From contig NC_091994.1 of assembly GCF_044704955.1 (NCBI RefSeq), forward strand, positions 12,400,001-12,464,000: a stretch of 64,000 nt of DNA. Reading direction: 5' to 3'. The translations under genes were made by a program, and so were the position numbers. This DNA comes from Pristiophorus japonicus (taxonomy: Eukaryota). The notes beneath the pieces were generated by a model. The model worked only from the letters and a program-made list of their open reading frames with translations. It did not search any database and was not told the origin of the DNA. This document shows, piece after piece, positions 60,325 to 64,000 of this stretch (position 1 is the first letter of the stretch; each line of letters opens with the position of its first letter).

Positions 60325-62202
60325 CTCTCAGCTCACTCAGCCTAGACTAGTGGCAGGGGTGGGAGCAAAAATGCTGTCATCCTGAGAGAGGACAGCAGGT
60401 TCCTGTTCAATGAAGCCACTGCCACTCTTCTAAGGCAGCCCCACAGCTATCCTGCTGATCTGTTGGAAAACAGATTGATGGATCGCTATGAGACCCTGGA
60501 AGCCCTTTTGAACAGTAATATCCAGAGTCACAGTGGCAGCAGTCAGAGCTTGCAAGGCAGCAGTCTGAGATTCCATCGCAACACTCAGATGTTTGATGGA
60601 AGCTGTTGGTGCTGCAATGGAAGCTGTGACATGGGCCATTAGCCAATGCATCATGGTGGGTTCCACAGGTGGGCTGATGGAGATGACCATCTGTTCCATT
60701 TTGGAAAGGATGGGCTCCAAGCTTTCTGCAAAGCCGTGTGCCAAGTTGGAGCTGGACTCCTCCAGACACTTTGACATTGTATGCGGGATTTCTGGCAGGC
60801 TTTCCAGTGGACCAAACATTTGGTTGGTTGGGTACATCCATCAGCCTTCTTCTGTAGCCTGAGCCATCGAAGTTCTCATCTGAACTAGTGAACAACCTTA
60901 CCCTCCAGCTGGCACCTGCGCTATCCTTTCCCCCCCGTCCTGGCTCCTGCACACTTGTGCTCAGTGTCTCACCACGTGCAGATCCCTCCTCTATCCTAGC
61001 CTCTAAAGTACATGCAGTGTCAGTCTCTGAGCTGGTGGCTGCGAGTGTAAAATCGAGTGACAGTGTCTCTTTGTCCTCAGACAGGGAAGGTTCCAGTTCT
61101 TGGGTACTTGAAATGAACAAGGGGCAAGAGTTGGGTTGTGGTGAGGGGAGGGTACGTACTTGTGAGTCAGAAGAAATTGTGGGATGAGGTAGAAGTGGGA
61201 AGAAAGAAGGAGGATTAGGTATGTAGATACCCTCATCGTCAATCCCTCCAGCTCCACCAGTGGCCACAGCCTCAGCGATGCCCCTGCCTATGATGGCCAA
61301 CACTGTCTCCTCCATGGGAATAAAGACAGGCAGGCACACTTGTCCTCCTGCAGTTCTTTCCTGCTGACTCCTGTTATACACCATCTTCTCCTGTAAGAAA
61401 GAGGAAAGTGTGTCATGTAATATGTCTGGGTGATGTGGCTGCCATTGTTGAATAGCTGCTGGTGAGTGTGAGCTGTGAGTTGTGGGTGCGAGGCTTGCCA
61501 TAGTGCTAAGTGTATGAAGGTGAAGTATTCCATATGAATTGAGTACTGCTTGATAGAAATTGCTGGTAGGTAGGCGATGGGGGTATAGTGAATTGAGCAG
61601 TGGATGAGGCTAGTAGTGCAGTTTGTAGGATATGGCGTTTGAAGATTGAACTCACTCACCTTGACAACTCGTGTCAGATCATTAAACTTCTTCCTGCACC
61701 GCATTCATGTTCGAGGAACTACATGCCTGGCATTGACTCCCACCACTATTTCCTCCCACTGCCTCCTGAGCATATGTCTCGCGGGCCTCCTGCCCTCCTG
61801 TGGATAAAATATGTCTCTCTTTCTCCCCATGTCTTGCATCAAGACCTGCAGTGCATTATCAGAAAACATTGGGGCCGCGTTCTCGCATGTTCAGCCATTC
61901 TTCAATCTTTCACAGCACAGATTCTGTTCACAAAGAACACCCACCACTTCTTCCAGCCACAACGCATCTCTTCTTTACGAGCTGTAGGCTGGCTTTAAGT
62001 AGCGCTAGCCACCCATGATATCGGGCGCCTGTTGGTGTGTGCAGTCAACGAGCAGTGCCGGTAGTGTTGGCTGCAGGCAGCAATCGTGTAAAACAGCAGG
62101 CAGCACTAATTTAACATGCTGCCTGCAATGCAATGAATGGGCGTGGGTTAATCACAAAACACGATCCCCACACCCGTTTTCAGGGCTTATCCAATTTAAC
62201 CC
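60325..62202 (-). mobile_element. PIF/Harbinger transposon remnant
   Basis: Contains a Myb/SANT gene; putative terminus GGGTTAAATTGG at 62202 (-); other end and transposase not seen. Confidence 0.72.
60407..61898 (-). pseudogene. Spliced Myb/SANT-like DNA-binding protein gene (Harbinger ORF; NAIF1/MSANTD-like family)
   Basis: Exon 1 61898-61660: ..APMFSDNALQVLMQDMGRKRDIFYP..RRQWEEIVVGVNA..PRT*MRCRKKFNDLTRVVK|GTGAGT; acceptor TTCTTACAG|, exon 2 61390-61231 EKMVYNRSQQERTAGG..PMEETVLAIIG; downstream coiled-coil-like ORF; stop and frameshifts. Confidence 0.8.
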
Positions 62203-62637
62203 TCCAGAGGTCTCAGTTACACCAATTCGGACTGTGCTGCGCTTAAATTTTGGGGCGTAAATTTACATCTGTTCAGTGCTGGTGTAAATGCAGGAAACTC
62301 ACATTATCTGGTCTTTTGCACGGGGGCCAGGCTATTTTAATGACTTGAGTTTCAGCGGACGTAACTCTGGTGCCGGGAAAATGATCGAGATCCCCATATC
62401 CCGAAATTCACGTGCAGCGAGGTTCTGTCATAAAGCCAGCACAAATCATTTATGTGCAAATTTCCTCTGAAAAAACACGTTGAAACGTGGCTCGTACACC
62501 ATTACTGCATTGAAAATTAGGAGGAAATTCCAAGCCATGATTTCTGCAACCTGCAGATAAAGTGATCAATTTTCAATCCTTTGTACCATTCAGACAGCAC
62601 GAGGAGACAAAGTCAAAACATCAAACAAAAACACAAT

Positions 62638-63065
62638 GGCCCAGAAATTGCAGTTGGAGGATGCCTCCGACCTGAAAGATTTCTTCGAATTCATTTGGTG
62701 GCCCAGGAGGTTCATCGACTTGCGGTCCTGGGCCTCAGTGCGAAGGCCTGCGTAGAGGCCCACGTATCCCAGGGACGTAAGTCTTTGCACACCTCCCTCG
62801 GATCACGTGGGCCGGCCCAACCAATCAAAATGTGAGTACAGGTATTCCTATTCATACTTGTGTGGTGAGTTCCGTATGTACAGAATCACGATAACTACAA
62901 ACGGAAATACTCCCAAAAACACACAAATGCTTAAAATATATATTTTTTAAACATCACATATTTAAAATTAATCAAAATGGAATTTAATTAATTATTTGCA
63001 TATTCTAAAAATAAACTTACCTTATTTGATACGATTTTAAATGTTTAATTTATTGAAATAATGTC
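62638..63065. mobile_element. Left half of Harbinger-type MITE, same family as 23826-24722
   Basis: AAT|GGCCCAGAAATTGC..GGAGG..CGGTCCTGGGCC..CGAAGGCCT..CACGTATCCCAG aligns with the reverse complement of 24500-24722. Confidence 0.78.
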
Positions 63066-63069
63066 TTTT

Positions 63070-64000
63070 TCTGTTTCTTGTCTGCCAAAACTGCTCACTA
63101 TTCCAGGATCATTCTGGAATGCAAAGAGACTGCTAAATGTCTTTTTAAACCCCTCTCCCCTGCTCCATCACACTTACCTCCAACAACAAGTGCGATTTCT
63201 TTGTCTCAAAGATTGAGACCTTCCGATCAGCTCCCTCTGTCACTTCCCTTTCTTCCCCTAGCCCACTGGTCTTGTGAGGTTCCCCTGTGCCCTGGCCCTA
63301 AACTCGCTTCTTTCTCCGGTTTCTCTCTGTTCTCCCTTCCTGACCTCTCCACGCTCATCTTGTCCATGAGAACCACTTCCTGCTCCCTTAACCCTATTCC
63401 CACTAAACTGTTGACCACCCAATTGCCTTTTCTGACTCCCATGTTAGTTGACATCCTCAGGTACTGTTCCCCTCTCCTTCAAATCTAACGTCATCACCCC
63501 TCTCAAAAAAAACAACCCCTGACCCCACTGTTCTTGCAAGCTAACGCCCCACCTCCAACCTTCCTTTCCTCTCCAAAGTCATTGCACGTGTTGTCACCTC
63601 CCAAATCCATGCCCAACTTTCCCGGAACTCCATGTTTGAATCCCTTCAATATGGTCTCCGCCCCTGCCACAGTACCAAACAGCTCTCATTTCTCATCTAA
63701 ATCGCGGCCTCTTCGGACATCATCCAAAAACACGGCATCAGTTTGCACATGTACGCGGACGACACCCAGCTCTACCTCAGTACCACTTCTCTCAACCCCT
63801 CTACTGTCTCTAAATTGCAAGACTGCTTGTCCGACATCCAGTGCTAAATGAGCAGAAACTTTCTCCAATTAAATATTGGGAAGACCAAAGCCATTGTCTT
63901 TGGTCCCTGCCACAAACTGCATTCCCGAGCCACCGACTCCATCCCTCTCCCGAGGATCTGTCAGAGGCTGAACCAGACTGTTCGCAACCTAGGTGTCATG
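63070..64000 (+). mobile_element. L2 LINE fragment running off the window end
   Basis: SCSLNPIPTKLL, CACATGTACGCGGACGACACCCAGCTCTAC (YADD); aligns with 27240-27530. Confidence 0.88.

Overview
Repeat-dominated, gene-poor vertebrate DNA. The mix of CR1/HER1-type LINEs, L2, tRNA-headed Deu-type SINEs and Mag-type Gypsy elements suggests a cartilaginous fish (inference). I recognise no host protein-coding gene or RNA gene; all interpretable ORFs are transposon-derived. Main content: (i) three Ty3/Gypsy LTR retrotransposons with tRNA-Ser-type primer binding sites (PBS): 1-1889 partial, 39105-42536 a compact gag+protease element lacking RT/RNaseH/IN with repeat-containing cargo ORFs, and 49447-54204 full-length with an uninterrupted 991-aa gag-PR-RT-RH frame but a broken integrase; (ii) four solo LTRs with perfect 5-bp target-site duplications (TSDs); (iii) many 5'-truncated CR1 copies, one with an open 633-aa RT frame, plus L2, a Vingi-like and an RTE-like fragment; (iv) a PIF/Harbinger set: an intron-containing Myb/SANT gene remnant (60.4-61.9 kb) and several MITEs with GG(G/C)C-type terminal inverted repeats (TIRs), plus a pogo/Tigger-type and a hAT-type MITE; (v) a multi-level nested insertion at 35.1-37.6 kb. 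Unique AT-rich stretches between repeats look like possible conserved non-coding elements, but this cannot be shown from one sequence. All alignments and difference counts were made by eye.
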